The notes beneath the pieces were generated by a model. It saw only the letters and a program-made list of their open reading frames with translations, was not told the origin of the DNA and did no database searches. A stretch of DNA of 39,054 nt from Perkinsus olseni. Its lineage: Eukaryota. Location of the stretch: positions 1 to 39,054 of the forward strand of contig JABANN010000327.1 of the NCBI GenBank assembly GCA_013115125.1. Direction: 5' to 3'. Shown in pieces: positions 20,658-32,025 of the stretch. Made by a program: the position numbers and the translations under genes. The stretch's first letter is position 1, and each line of letters starts with the position of its first letter.

Positions 20658-22944
20658 TCAGTAGGGAAAATAGCTGGACACATTGTGAGGGAGTTGGTCG
20701 GCCATGCCCGGCACCATGGTGAAGTATGTTACCATTAGCATGTTACATAGAGACTGACTGGAGTATATCTTACATCCACTGAAGGACACTATAAAGTCTC
20801 CTTCCTGGTAGGCTGAGGAGAAAGGCCGACTTACATAGGATCATGTAGAGGAGAGGACTACCAATGTGCGTCTTGAGCATGGCGGCTACCACTGGGGGAT
20901 ACACATTCAGCTGTCTTTGTGGGAGGAAGTGAACGGCTGGGATGTGACCGAGATTGTCACTGAAATGAGATGCTAAACTCCAGAATGCATTCAACTTAGC
21001 AGGCTTATACAAGCGTAAGAAGGCGAGCGGAGCTGATGATATGGTGCTACTCTTTATCGTTATAGTCATCCCCTTGCTCTGATACGGAAGTTTCGTTGGC
21101 AAAGGCGGCCAACTGGACAGGAAGGGAGAGCCACCACATAACCCCAGTCTGGTCCCACCACGGATGGAAGGTCATTGGAGAACGAGCAAAGGTCATGGAC
21201 CGGGTCTGAGGCAATGGTCTGGCCGGCGCCGATGGGGGACCCTTACTTTATGCATGAACCAATAGCTCCAAGGTGTGCATTTAACGAAGAAGATGCCGGT
21301 GTTGAGCATCAGGCCGTCCTCGCTGGTGATGATCTGAAGGCCTTCCTCCTTGCCGAGCATCTCCGGAAGCTCTGGGTCGGCTTGAATCAACCGAGAGACG
21401 CGCTTCGAACTCTCCGGGCTGCCACCAATCTATTAAGAAATCATTGAGTAGTATCCAGAGGTCGAGCATGTCTCATGTGAATTAAGGTGGCCTGAAGCGT
21501 GCGCTTACGACCTCTTTCAAATCCTCCTCTATAATCTTCTCTATGAGTCGATCGTACTTGCGCAGCAGTTTGGCCCGTGTTAAAGAAGCATTCGAAGGCC
21601 GCCACTCTGCAAGCCTCTTCACCCTCGCCTTCGTTCGCCTAGATGGCTTCAGGCTGCCAGTGTTCACCTATTGTGGTCTCCCTCACCACAATAACCATTG
21701 GGGCCGTCCTTACTGAGTGTTCAACCTCCGCTAAGGCTATGACATCCTCAAGCCTTACTTCGGGGGTCATGAAGTAACTGTCGCAGTCCATCCACATTAC
21801 CCAATCATAGAGGGCGGTGCCGAGCGCCTGACCCGGCGTTATGATGTGGTAACCGTTGCCGGACCTACTTCCATCACGGCGTCTATCTTGGACCAGGCTG
21901 GTGGCCGCGAAGCGTAAATGTCAGCCTTGTCGGTGAAGGCATCTTGCAGCACAGGGGACTTGGTATGTACTATGAGATCGTACCTGCGCTCTGTGGATGG
22001 ATGATTGAGTTGGAATTTCTTATGGGTGGCACCCATGCTTATCCGCATGAGCCTTCTTATTTCGTCTACTGAGCTCAGCCAGAGGCGTCTCGTTGGCGTT
22101 ATAATCACACACGGACACGATGGCAATCTTCAGGGCCGTCGAGGAGTTAGCGCCAGCTGACCTGACTGCTTCTTCCGTCGGCGGCGTGGGTGCTCATGGT
22201 ATCCTACTGTATAGCATCCTTAGTGCTACGCTGCGACCATGGGTGTCGTCGATCCTCTGCGGCAAGCATGACTGCCTTCTTAGTGGTGAGTAAGGAGGAT
22301 ATCGTTTCCTCCCATTTCAGAGGCCACTGCGATTGATCTATATACTCCTGCGATGAAGGCCGAGTGAGCGAACATGAGTCCGAGGGACTTATTCTCACGA
22401 TTTCGTTACTCAATTGAGCGATGAAAGAGCGCCGCTATGTATCACCTCTCCCTTCATTTGGAAGTCATAGCTTGCTAGTATGCTGGTCCATTGTCGCTGT
22501 CTGAGAGCTCTGACTGGCATACCATAGGCTTCAAGGCAGTTGCCGAGGACCTAAGAGCAGGTCTTGGACGACTCGGTCATCGATTGGTTACCTGCGAAGC
22601 CGCAGCCATTCCGGTCGCACACTCAAAGGCGCCTTCAGAGCTCTCAATGGGGAGGAACTGCTCCCGGAGAGCCCGACCCAGTGTGGCGATGCAGGTGGGA
22701 AAGTCATAAACGTTGTGTCTGAGAATATTTTGTCGCCTCATGTGTATCCGTTCAGGTTCGAGCTACGATACTACGCTTCAACAGCATGGCCAAGTTTCGC
22801 ATAGAAGCGCTCCCATCGGGGGCCGCCGCAGTAGTCGCGACCAATGAAGTCCTTCATTCCATCTGGCATAGCGACGGAGGCCCCGCCTGACGCCAGCCCT
22901 TGTGTAGAGACTCGCCATAGGATTAATGAGAATAGTAGGAACAT
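20658..22944 (-). CDS. Glycosyltransferase family 34-like (GMA12/MNN10-type), multi-exon, N-terminal signal/anchor
   Basis: Motifs RPPAWSKIDAV, YDWVMWMDCDSYF (DxD), SEDGLMLNTGIFFVK, PWWDQTG, QLNVYP, YQEGDFIVSFSGC. Start MFLLFSLILWRVSTQGLA at 22944, stop at 20658-20660. Confidence 0.85.
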
Positions 22945-23123
22945 CGGTTGTGGTGAAGCTCATCGTCGTGCCTGCCCATGGGCGCGCGCTACTCACAAAT
23001 ACCAAGTACATGCAGATTGCAAGGAAAGTGCAAGATTCGCTGCGCCCGCCTGCAACCGTTTCATTTTCGTCCGGACGGCCAAGTCCTTCTTAACTACCAT
23101 CTCATCCTACTAATTTGATTAAC

Positions 23124-23792
23124 ATGAGCATCTCTGCTGCTGCCGGTGTTGAGCCTACTGCTACTCAGCCTGCCCCTACCACTACTATACCCGCTGCTAC
23201 CACGGCACAAGTCCCTCCGGCCACCTACTCATACGTGCAGCCCAGCACTACGTCACAGGTGCAGCCTCCTCAAGGGCCTATGATTGACGAGAAGATTGTT
23301 CAGAAGCAGAAGGATAAGGCGTTGCGGGAGCTGGAGTCCCGAGTGAAGCTCGCCTTGCAGCAGCATGAGCAGATGTATCAGTTGCAGAGGTCTCACATCA
23401 TGGCCGATCACGACAGGCAGATGGAGTACACGAAGGCCACCATCGAGAAGGAGCGTCAAGCTGCTATGTTCGACCTCGAGAGCCAGTACCAGACCAACAC
23501 TCGGGGTCTCGAGCAATCAGCCATTCAGCAGCGGATGCAGATTGAGACTACGGCTATGCAGCTCGACATTCAAGCTCATCAGCAGAAGATGATCATGGAG
23601 CACCAAGAGCGAGAGAAGAAATGGACCGGCCAGCCTTCTGTGCCTCAGACTATTGCGGCCCCTCAGCCGTATGTTGCTCCAGCCTCTTATAGCGCTTTCG
23701 GTCAGCCCGGTGCCGCTGTGACGACGACCTACTCCACTACCGTCCAGCAACAGCCTCAAGCTACCGTTGAAGCCCCCGCTGCTGCTCAGTAG
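23124..23792 (+). CDS. Intronless Gln-rich coiled-coil protein with Pro/Thr/Ala/Tyr-rich ends (alveolate cortical-cytoskeleton-like)
   Basis: Clean ORF from ATG23124 with a central helical region (ELESRVKLALQQHEQMYQLQR...LEQSAIQQRMQIE). The functional class is inference. Confidence 0.8.
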   Translation: MSISAAAGVEPTATQPAPTTTIPAATTAQVPPATYSYVQPSTTSQVQPPQGPMIDEKIVQKQKDKALRELESRVKLALQQHEQMYQLQRSHIMADHDRQMEYTKATIEKERQAAMFDLESQYQTNTRGLEQSAIQQRMQIETTAMQLDIQAHQQKMIMEHQEREKKWTGQPSVPQTIAAPQPYVAPASYSAFGQPGAAVTTTYSTTVQQQPQATVEAPAAAQ

Positions 23793-25087
23793 AAATGTAG
23801 AGCATGACTAAGTGTTCATGGTGTATGGTTCAAGAAGTCTTGGAGGGTTCTCTATAGCCATTCAAGCAGAACCATTACGCTATTGCTCATTGCTTCATCG
23901 ATATGATGTATGTTCTGCGTTCACTAGTTTTGGGGAAGCTCAAGTGTTTTGTGCCCTGGAGAGGAGCAAGTCTTCCTGTCTCGGAACACTGTTTCCTCAT
24001 TGTTTCTAGCTGCTTACCTTGCCAGTAGGTATCCTGTCTTCAATTGTTTCTTTCCCTCCGACTATCCTAGTGTGTTCTGCAGTACGTCTTAGCCTTATTG
24101 ACATTTCGCCGCCGAGATGCCTCTTCACCCTCACCAATTCTACTAATGAGTCTGTTATCACCGAGGTCGTTAGATACCCTTCTTGTGGCCTCCCAAACTG
24201 CAAATTTTGAGAGCCGATAAGAAATGATGTGGATATGTACCCGGTTTTTCATGATAGGGGTTATCGGACTATCTGTTGCGGGCGTACTATGTTTCTCTAT
24301 CTTAGTTGAGTAGATCCGCGTTCCATCTCGCGGTGCGAGCCTAGCTTATCGATCATTCATAGCAACCCCTGCAGTCACTGGCTGCCCGTCAGCCTTGGCT
24401 CGAGATTCTCCAATGTGTCGAGTACTCCTGTACTCGAGTGTGTTTACTCCTGTAGTCGAGTGCGGCCGCTAAGCTGCTCCAGGGAAACTTGCAAATAAGC
24501 TGCGTGAATGGTGCCCTACTGACAGTAGGCTACTGTTGGACGAGAGTAGCCAGTTGGAGCTCTACCCGAAGACGGTTAACCAGATATCAAATACGGTTAG
24601 ACAGGTGGTATCTCCAACGCTCCTGGAATATAGTCCAGAGATCCTGCCTTCTAGTGGCTCGGAATTGGGGTTATTCCGAGATCGGATCTCACAGATCTGT
24701 AGAGCCTCGCTGGGCCGCGATCTCACTGACTCCCCGTACAACTCTCAAAACGCCACAAATTACAGGTTCATTGGGAAAATGCACTTGAATTCGGCCTCTC
24801 GCTGAGAACACAATCACTACAAATGGCCATGAGGCTACCCAAAAAGTCAGCAGATCTCAACCACGCATTTTCTATTATCATCGATAGCACCAGCGAACCG
24901 TACAATACCACGATGGGATGCGTCACCAACATGGTCGCTGCGCCGGCTGAAAAAATCTCCGACGATCCGACAGACTGACAAGCAGTGACGCGTGAAGCGT
25001 TACCACCTCGGCGGGGAAGGCTCTGCCCACATCGGGCAGCACTCTGTAGTCGAAGCGCACCCTTCACGGTGCAACTTGCATCGTGGG

Positions 25088-25140
25088 CGATCTCATGCCG
25101 TGGTACCTTGCACCGTGCAAGGTACCACGGCATGAGATCG
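25088..25140. repeat. Perfect palindrome, 26-bp arms, 1-nt centre
   Basis: cgatctcatgccgtggtaccttgcac-c-gtgcaaggtaccacggcatgagatcg. Confidence 0.95.
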
Positions 25141-26409
25141 ATGATCTCTGCAACGATCTCACGACTCTTCAACGGCCCCATCTTCATTGGGGATTCCTGA
25201 GTTCGAGTTGACGCAACTCAGTTGAGGATTCCCCATCCCACAGAGCTCGGAAATCCCGGCAGACCCGAGATTATCAGGCTTTCGACTACCCGAGGGATAT
25301 ATGCACCGCGGGTTCTGCAACGATTCGCTACCATACTACACCCTTAGTTGTCAAGCCTTTCATGAATGGCGATGGTTTGAAGATCCCTAGGATTGACAAC
25401 CACGAGATATTCGGCCGCCAAAGTCCAGCGGATCTTGGCGAGCTGGCAGGTGATCTTCGGTAGCTTCGGACGGGTCAATCGGGAATGGCAATAACAGGCG
25501 ACTCACCCGATAGCACCTGTCTAATACCATGAGACTAGTAAGACAAGCGTTTGACAGGGCGATTTTTGATGTATGAGTTTAACCGTTGGCCTCCAACGCC
25601 GACATACCAATACGCACAATGAGCAAATACTGCATGCACAAATTGTGCAGCACGATACTAGTACTATGCTACCCTCTGACCATCCGAGCAGGGCTGCAGC
25701 AGGGGGGTCCATTGTTTCGAGTAAACACAACATTAAGGACATTGCCTTTACGGAGATTCCTTAGTCAAGAGATTTGCAAGCTCTTCACAGGGTTCAGAAG
25801 TTCTGAATTAGAACAATCCCTACCAAGCTGTAATCCTCGGGTTTAATTCGATATCAGGCAAGATTGGATCCTTAGTACTGATCAGGTGGTTCCTTAGGAA
25901 CCAAGTTGGTAGGAACCGTTCCTACCAACCTGGCAGTACCAAGCAGCTCGGTACTACCAGGTAGTAAGTACCTGCTGATGCTTGGTCCAAGCAGTACTGC
26001 CGCTAATACATAGCGCCGAAGACGGCTTGGGTCAGGCGAGGATTCATGGAGTACAGTGTACTCAGTACACCCCAAACTCCGACCAATAGATAGCAAGAGA
26101 AAGAATCTGACTGTCAGATTCTAACTGTCAGATTATACACTGCGATTTTGATATTCTAACATGTCGAGACGATCACTGGTGATTGCGACGGATCAACTGC
26201 GAGCGCCGAAAACCTTGGGACCTGAGCGCGCACTTTGAGGGAAGTTCCCTCGTCAGGGAAGTTGCCTGGCAGCCGTAGGTCTGGAGCATTGAATGCTCAG
26301 CATTCATCCTGGCCCAGGATTCTTGGAGTTATGGTTGCGCTGCGCAACTTGCGCAGCAAAGCATCGTAACTCCTCCACACGGGATTGTAACAAATTAATC
26401 GTTCCAGGT

Positions 26410-27069
26410 AACATACTCCTTAGTAATAAACGCTACTGGAGCGATATCCGCCTTGTCCGTTGAGACTTGTTGGCGTCAAGTTGTTGCCAGCGCGTCCGTC
26501 GACATGGACTGAAGCAACGTGAGTCTCGAGGATCCAATCAGCCTGACCACAACTACCGGGGAGCCGGAGTCCGGCTGCCGGACTGAAGCAGTGTCAACCT
26601 CGAGGGACCTGTAGGCTCGACTACAGCTGCAGAGGACCTGGACTGGAACAGAATTATTCTGGAGGGCCCGATCAATCCGACGATTGCTGACAGCAATCCC
26701 ACAGTGTGGGGGGCAACCCAGAGTACGTCTTGATGTTGCGCTAAGATTCGCCACACGACTCATGTAGCGGTTGCAACCTCCGATTGTTTGTTTCGTGGTG
26801 AAGCCTCATTGACGTCTGACTGCGCCAATTGGATAAAAGCGTGCACAGTGCACTGTTTGTCAATTCTGCCACTTCCAGCCGTGCCGAGACTACCAATCAG
26901 CCGACCTTCAGTGACGCCATTGCCAATGGGCTCAGTGACTGTCCTCCTGGTGATCTCTGTGGTCATCCTGTTCGGAAGCATCATCCAGATATGGCTCCTG
27001 ATAAAGCTAGCACCCAGGAAAGCGGCGCAACGTATGTTACATACGAGAGCGTGGCTAAGTCAGACGTAG
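26410..27069 (+). pseudogene. DWS-repeat membrane protein, copy 4 (pseudogene)
   Basis: Repeats WSDIRL, MD*SNVSLEDP, D*SSVNLEGP, LDWNRIILEGP with stops and frameshifts. Donor GA|GTACGT at 26723 and acceptor cttccAG at 26878. Exon 2 reads RAETTNQPTF...DCP, then frameshifts to VLLVISVVILFGSIIQIWLLIKL. Confidence 0.8.
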
Positions 27070-27809
27070 TAAGCCTAACAATCAGTGGGTCACAACCTAT
27101 AAGGTCCTTACAGTAAGGAACTTCCACTGAAGGTCGCTTCGAGGCTCAAACCCTGCGTCATTGCGTGGCGCAAGCTGTGACAACTGAGACAGCAGAAGGA
27201 ACAGAACGCACCTGACGATACTAACCAACTTTGAAAAGCCCTGGTCCAGGGCTGGAATGAAAAAGGAGCGTGGCTAAGACGAGCAGCCGACGAGTGAGCA
27301 GAAGCAGAAGTCGGCCAGTGAAAGGAACGCAGAGAGAGGTCGATTCGCGAAGATGTACTGACTTAGCATTTCTGTCACAGCCCCGTGGAACTAGTCGGAT
27401 GACCCACGATTTCGGGACAGATGGCACCCTGAACCAGCTGGACAAGATGGGCACGAAGAACTATTTGCTTGGCTACTACAATAGGGCCAAGAGAAAGGAT
27501 TGATCCGGCGGGGCGGCAAAGGCAGAGAGACATCGGAGTGGAAAGTGTATGACGACTTGTCATTGACAAGTGGAGCAAGAACCAAGGATAGAGCCCGTTA
27601 TGCAGCATAACTTATGCTTGAAACCATATTCAGTTTAGCTGAGAGTCCGGTTGCTCCTGCCCTCGCGCAGAGGAACAAAGCGGAACCATTGACCCAACAA
27701 TTCATGATTTCAACGCGAAATCAAATACCCATTTTTGTAAAATTTTCTACGAACTTGGCCACTTGTAGAATTGTCAAATTGCTAGTTTATCTGGGCGCCA
27801 GGATTGAAT

Positions 27810-28480
27810 TCTGAATCTCCATGATGGAGATGGTCCGACCACCGTAGTCGAGCCCTTTCATCCACTACTGGTGAATCATCTTGCACTACCTCTCTTGGGT
27901 AACCCCACGTTGACTTGATCATCAAGTCTTGATACTATTAAATTGATAGCATCGGCTGTAGCAATGCTTTAGCATCTGGTGACCCCAGACTGAAGTCCCC
28001 GCCGGAACCGAGTCGATGATGAGTGGAGTAGAGTCTCCTGCCGCGCGGGCTCTCAACCCAGTATATCATATATTGGGTTGAGGGCCGCGCAGTTTTCCGC
28101 ATATATTATATATGCAGAAACTGCACATACGGGACTGTTCCGTTAGCTGCAGCCCCAAGCACTGCATGCTCCGAGCATGATGCTCGACGCGTCGATCACC
28201 AGGAACAGTGGTATCGTGACGATACCAGCAACGAGATGAGTCGAGCTTCTTTAATATGTCGAGTACTTTCGTGACCTGATTATCGGTTTAATTGGTGCTA
28301 CCTTAGCACTGCTAAGTCTAAAAATGTCAAACTATTTAGACTGTTAAATTAACAGCTTGCAGCCCGAAAAGAAAACCGAGAATGCCACCTCAGAGGAATA
28401 GCCCGCTTAACTGGGAGATAGATACACCGACCGCAATCAGGCTGATTGCGGTCGGTGTTACGCTGATTGAATCAGCGTAA
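27810..28480. repeat. Dense cluster of short palindromes with 1-nt centres
   Basis: 27815-27831, 27912-27928, 28052-28082, 28099-28115, 28165-28179, 28209-28227, 28302-28316, 28341-28355, 28424-28458 (17-1-17), 28458-28480 (11-1-11). Confidence 0.85.
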
Positions 28481-29457
28481 CGCGGTACGCCGACGGTTTC
28501 ACGGTAAAACTTTCACCGACCACTGCATCTTGGAACGCGCGCACCGCGCACGCGGATGTGTCACAGACGCGGCTGACACTGTCAGCCTGACAACTAACTC
28601 GAGACAGAGTGATCTGTTATACTCTTACAAGCGTCGGGCTCGGGGCTCGATAATCGAGCAATTGACCTCGCACTAGGTTGTGTCCGAGATAAAGGAGACG
28701 GTACCATGTGGTGTGGTCCACACTCCGTGGGTCTTGAAGACCCGGTCTTCCCACGAAGCAATGCTGTGACGAAGAATCGGTATGGTTATTTGGCAGCTGA
28801 CCCGGAATATGACATACAGTACTCCGGCGGCCGGAGTCCGGCCTAGCGCACCCGTGGAAACGACACTCGACACTCCCTCCAAGAGCGAGTCCAGGAGGAT
28901 AGGACCTACGATTGGTCACCCATGTACTCTCTCTGGAACGGTGAGAGTTCGGGTTCGGGAACGAGCGGCCCCAGTTCACAGTTTTGTTGACTTTCTGCCG
29001 CCTGTACTTAGGTTTTCCGGCAGCCGCAGCACTGCTGCATCCTTGGCGAGGATACCTTGCCAAATGAATGGTCTCTCCTGGACGATATGCCCTCCTCTTC
29101 GCCGAGGAGTCCTCGGTGCGTCAGTCTGCCTGGACACCACTGCTGCTGTCGAGATTGGACGCAGCGCCTGCGTCGCAGGCTGCGTCGCGCTAGGACCTAG
29201 CGGTCGAAACTTTGATAAACCGGGGGCTCGTCGATGAGATGAAGATGACATGCGGAGGCTCCGCAGCGGAGCTGACATGGAGTTCTGACACGGAGTTCAT
29301 CACCACCGAGTCAATCGCATTGACCACGCTGGATTATGTGCGCAACCACTAGGAGTTACTGGAGAAACTGAGTTATACCACTGGTGAAATCAAAACAGTA
29401 CACACGTTCAATATGATAAAAGTGGGAACCTGATGCGTGCAGTCAGTGTCATTCCTT

Positions 29458-30113
29458 CTACACTGAAGATGCCCTTGCTCCCGTAAACGCTTCCACAGTA
29501 CAACGCCCAGTGGGCCCCTCTCCACAGAATGAGCCAACCAAGTTGCCGAGACCATCGATAATCTGCAGCCCGTATGTTGGCTCTCTCCTCATCTGCCATA
29601 CTCATCGTCCAACCATCCCTTTCCCTCGACGCGGGTCCATTGCACTAACAGCTCAGTTAGATGAGGCAGACTACCGCAGCAGAGTGACAGGTCCTCATCG
29701 CAAAGGTCGCAATGAAATGAAAAGTCAAGTCGGACCAGTTTCGGTAGGCCGACCCATAGTCGCCTGCTCACGTGCAAAGAACGTGATGACAAACTCCTCA
29801 AGTTGGGCGCGGCACTACTCTCAAGGACCTCCCGCAGCTCCCACGGCTCTTTCCCTATCGGGTCTACGATTTCCCCCGTGTATCGTCCATACGTCTCCAC
29901 GACGGCCTTCAGAGAATCACGGCCCATCCCAGGACGGATTGCTAACTTCAAAACCCCATAGCCAGTCCTAGTCTCCTCATAACGTAGATAGTCCATCACA
30001 GCCCTTCTCCAACTGCTGCATACTGATGCTACTCGGGCAGCACTGTTGATATCAGACATCAGCCAAGGTAGGATATGCTCGAGGACGAGGCCATCAATAG
30101 GGGGAGGGAGCAT
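29458..30113 (-). pseudogene. F-box/LRR paralog A with a large internal deletion and frameshift
   Basis: The N-terminus MLPPPIDGLVLEHILPWL...ASVCSSWRRAV matches paralogs B and C. After GWLDDE it jumps, out of frame, to VWQMRREPTYGLQIIDGLGNLVGSFC, the family C-terminus. Confidence 0.8.
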
Positions 30114-30588
30114 TAAGGAGATTCTACTGAAGACCAATCCAGACACTTGGACAGAGTCCACGTCTCCAGTTGAAGATTCGACGAAAAGTGTTGATGCAAA
30201 CAGCTCGGTTAAAGACTTACGAACCAGGATCCTGAATGAACCTCTACGTTAACGACATTAATACCCCCAATGTGTTTTTGCTGATCATGTGAAGACTGCG
30301 TTGGAATTGCTCATGAGCTGTGATGCGACAACGATATTGCAGGACTAATGACAATAGCACGTCCAAGTGGCGCTGGATGACTGGCTCTCTCGTCGATGCC
30401 TACTCAGACAGTCCAACTGAGGCAACTGAGACCGACTCCAATAGTCGCCGTTGACGATACTCGATAAACGCAACTCTTGAGATCCGTGGAAGAAAATCAG
30501 TTTCACCGCTGGTAAACGTCGAACTGACGGACGTGCGCTAAACATGCGGAAAGTTATTACTCGGTGACTTCGAACGAGAACCCTTCGG

Positions 30589-32025
30589 TCAACAATTCCT
30601 CAACCTCCCGCCGCAGAATTCTTCTGCAGTACAACGGCTCGTGGGCATCCCGTCACAGAATGCTTCAACCAAATTGCCGAAAGAATTAATAATCTCCACC
30701 CCGCATGTTGGCTCTCTCCTCGTCTGCCATATCCGCCCGCCAGCATCCAGTAGCGAAACAAACTCATCATTGATTTCACCATCCTTCGCCACAAAGCTTC
30801 CATGCACTGGGCAGTGGAACTCAACATCACCATCCGGCAGCCTTCGGATCCTCTGGCTGAGGAGGCCGTGCATGAATGCTGCTACATCCGTTGTAATTGG
30901 ACAATGGAGTAGGTCGAGGAAGGTTATGTTGGGGCAACTCCTCAGTAAATCACAGAGCATATCCACGGAAATGTTCCATTCAGATATCTTCAGTACACTC
31001 AAAGGGGCTGGGCTGATGGCCTCGAGGCCTGCCAAGAAGGGAATGAGATACTTATCAGTTCCTCTCATGGGTCCTGAGAAGTCGACCCATCGCATGCAGT
31101 CATTCGAGCCAATCCATCGGAACATATCGTCGAGCTCCTCGTCGGGAGCCTTCAAACGTGGTCGGATCATCTCTAGTTTGTGAAGGTTGTCACACACGAT
31201 CAACTTCGTATAGAAGAAGTCTTGCTTGACAGGAACATCTTTGAGACAGAGGACGCGGAGAGATGAAGATGAGGGCCACACTCGCATTACGAGATCTCGC
31301 TCGACTAAGCAGGAGAAGTACAACTCTTCCAGATGAGTGCACGTCGCGATAGCATACCCCAGCTTCCCAACTTCGACTATACTTCTATCATGAAGTTCAG
31401 TGAAGCCCAGCCCAACCAATGATCCCCCGGCGCATATACATACAGCCACAACGAGATGGAGAGGCACGTTGGTCTGATCGAGGCGTAGAACTCTCCAAGG
31501 CCTCCTCTTCGTCTCATCATCCAACCATCCCTTTCCCTCGACGCGGGTCCATTGCACTAACAGCTCAGTTAGATGAGGCAGACAACCGCAGCAGAGTGAC
31601 AGATCCTCATCATGGAGGTCATCGTGGAATGACAAGTCCAGTCGAAGTAGCTTCGACAGACTGTGCAAGTGACGGGCACTCAGGTGGAGAGAGCGTGATG
31701 CCAAGGTCCTCAAGTTAGGAGTATCCCCGTCCTCCAGTAGCTTCTGCAGCTCTCCCGACTCGCCTCTCATCGGGCACACGATCTCCCCGATGTATCGTCC
31801 ATACGTCTCCCTGATGGCTTCCGGAGCTCCCCTCACCATCCCAGGACGGAGTGTTAAGTTCAATACCCCGTAGCCAGTCCTAGTTCCCTCATAACGTAGA
31901 TAGTCCATCACAGCCCTTCTCCAACTGCTGCATACTGATGCCATTCGGACAGCACTGGTGACATCAGACATCAGCCAAGGTAGGATGTGCTCGAGGACGA
32001 GGCCATCAATAGGAGGAGGGGACAT
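30589..32025 (-). CDS. F-box / leucine-rich-repeat (RNI-like) protein, paralog B, intronless
   Basis: 478-aa ORF with an F-box-like start (IDGLVLEHILPWL..D..SAVRMASVCSSWR) and LRR-like units (LLRLDLS, LTELLV, LEELYF, LRVLCL, CPNITFLDL). Confidence 0.8.
   Translation of the reverse strand: MSPPPIDGLVLEHILPWLMSDVTSAVRMASVCSSWRRAVMDYLRYEGTRTGYGVLNLTLRPGMVRGAPEAIRETYGRYIGEIVCPMRGESGELQKLLEDGDTPNLRTLASRSLHLSARHLHSLSKLLRLDLSFHDDLHDEDLSLCCGCLPHLTELLVQWTRVEGKGWLDDETKRRPWRVLRLDQTNVPLHLVVAVCICAGGSLVGLGFTELHDRSIVEVGKLGYAIATCTHLEELYFSCLVERDLVMRVWPSSSSLRVLCLKDVPVKQDFFYTKLIVCDNLHKLEMIRPRLKAPDEELDDMFRWIGSNDCMRWVDFSGPMRGTDKYLIPFLAGLEAISPAPLSVLKISEWNISVDMLCDLLRSCPNITFLDLLHCPITTDVAAFMHGLLSQRIRRLPDGDVEFHCPVHGSFVAKDGEINDEFVSLLDAGGRIWQTRREPTCGVEIINSFGNLVEAFCDGMPTSRCTAEEFCGGRLRNC

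Noticed and set aside
27200-27600. Exon-like fragment (PRGTSRMTHDFGTDGTLNQLDKMGTKNYLLGYY)
   Set aside because: Interrupted by a stop with no recognisable family. It may be a gene remnant but cannot be supported.
28617-29278. Overlapping 100-150 aa ORFs on both strands
   Set aside because: Low-complexity Arg/Ser/Pro composition with no motif and no coherent splice model found.
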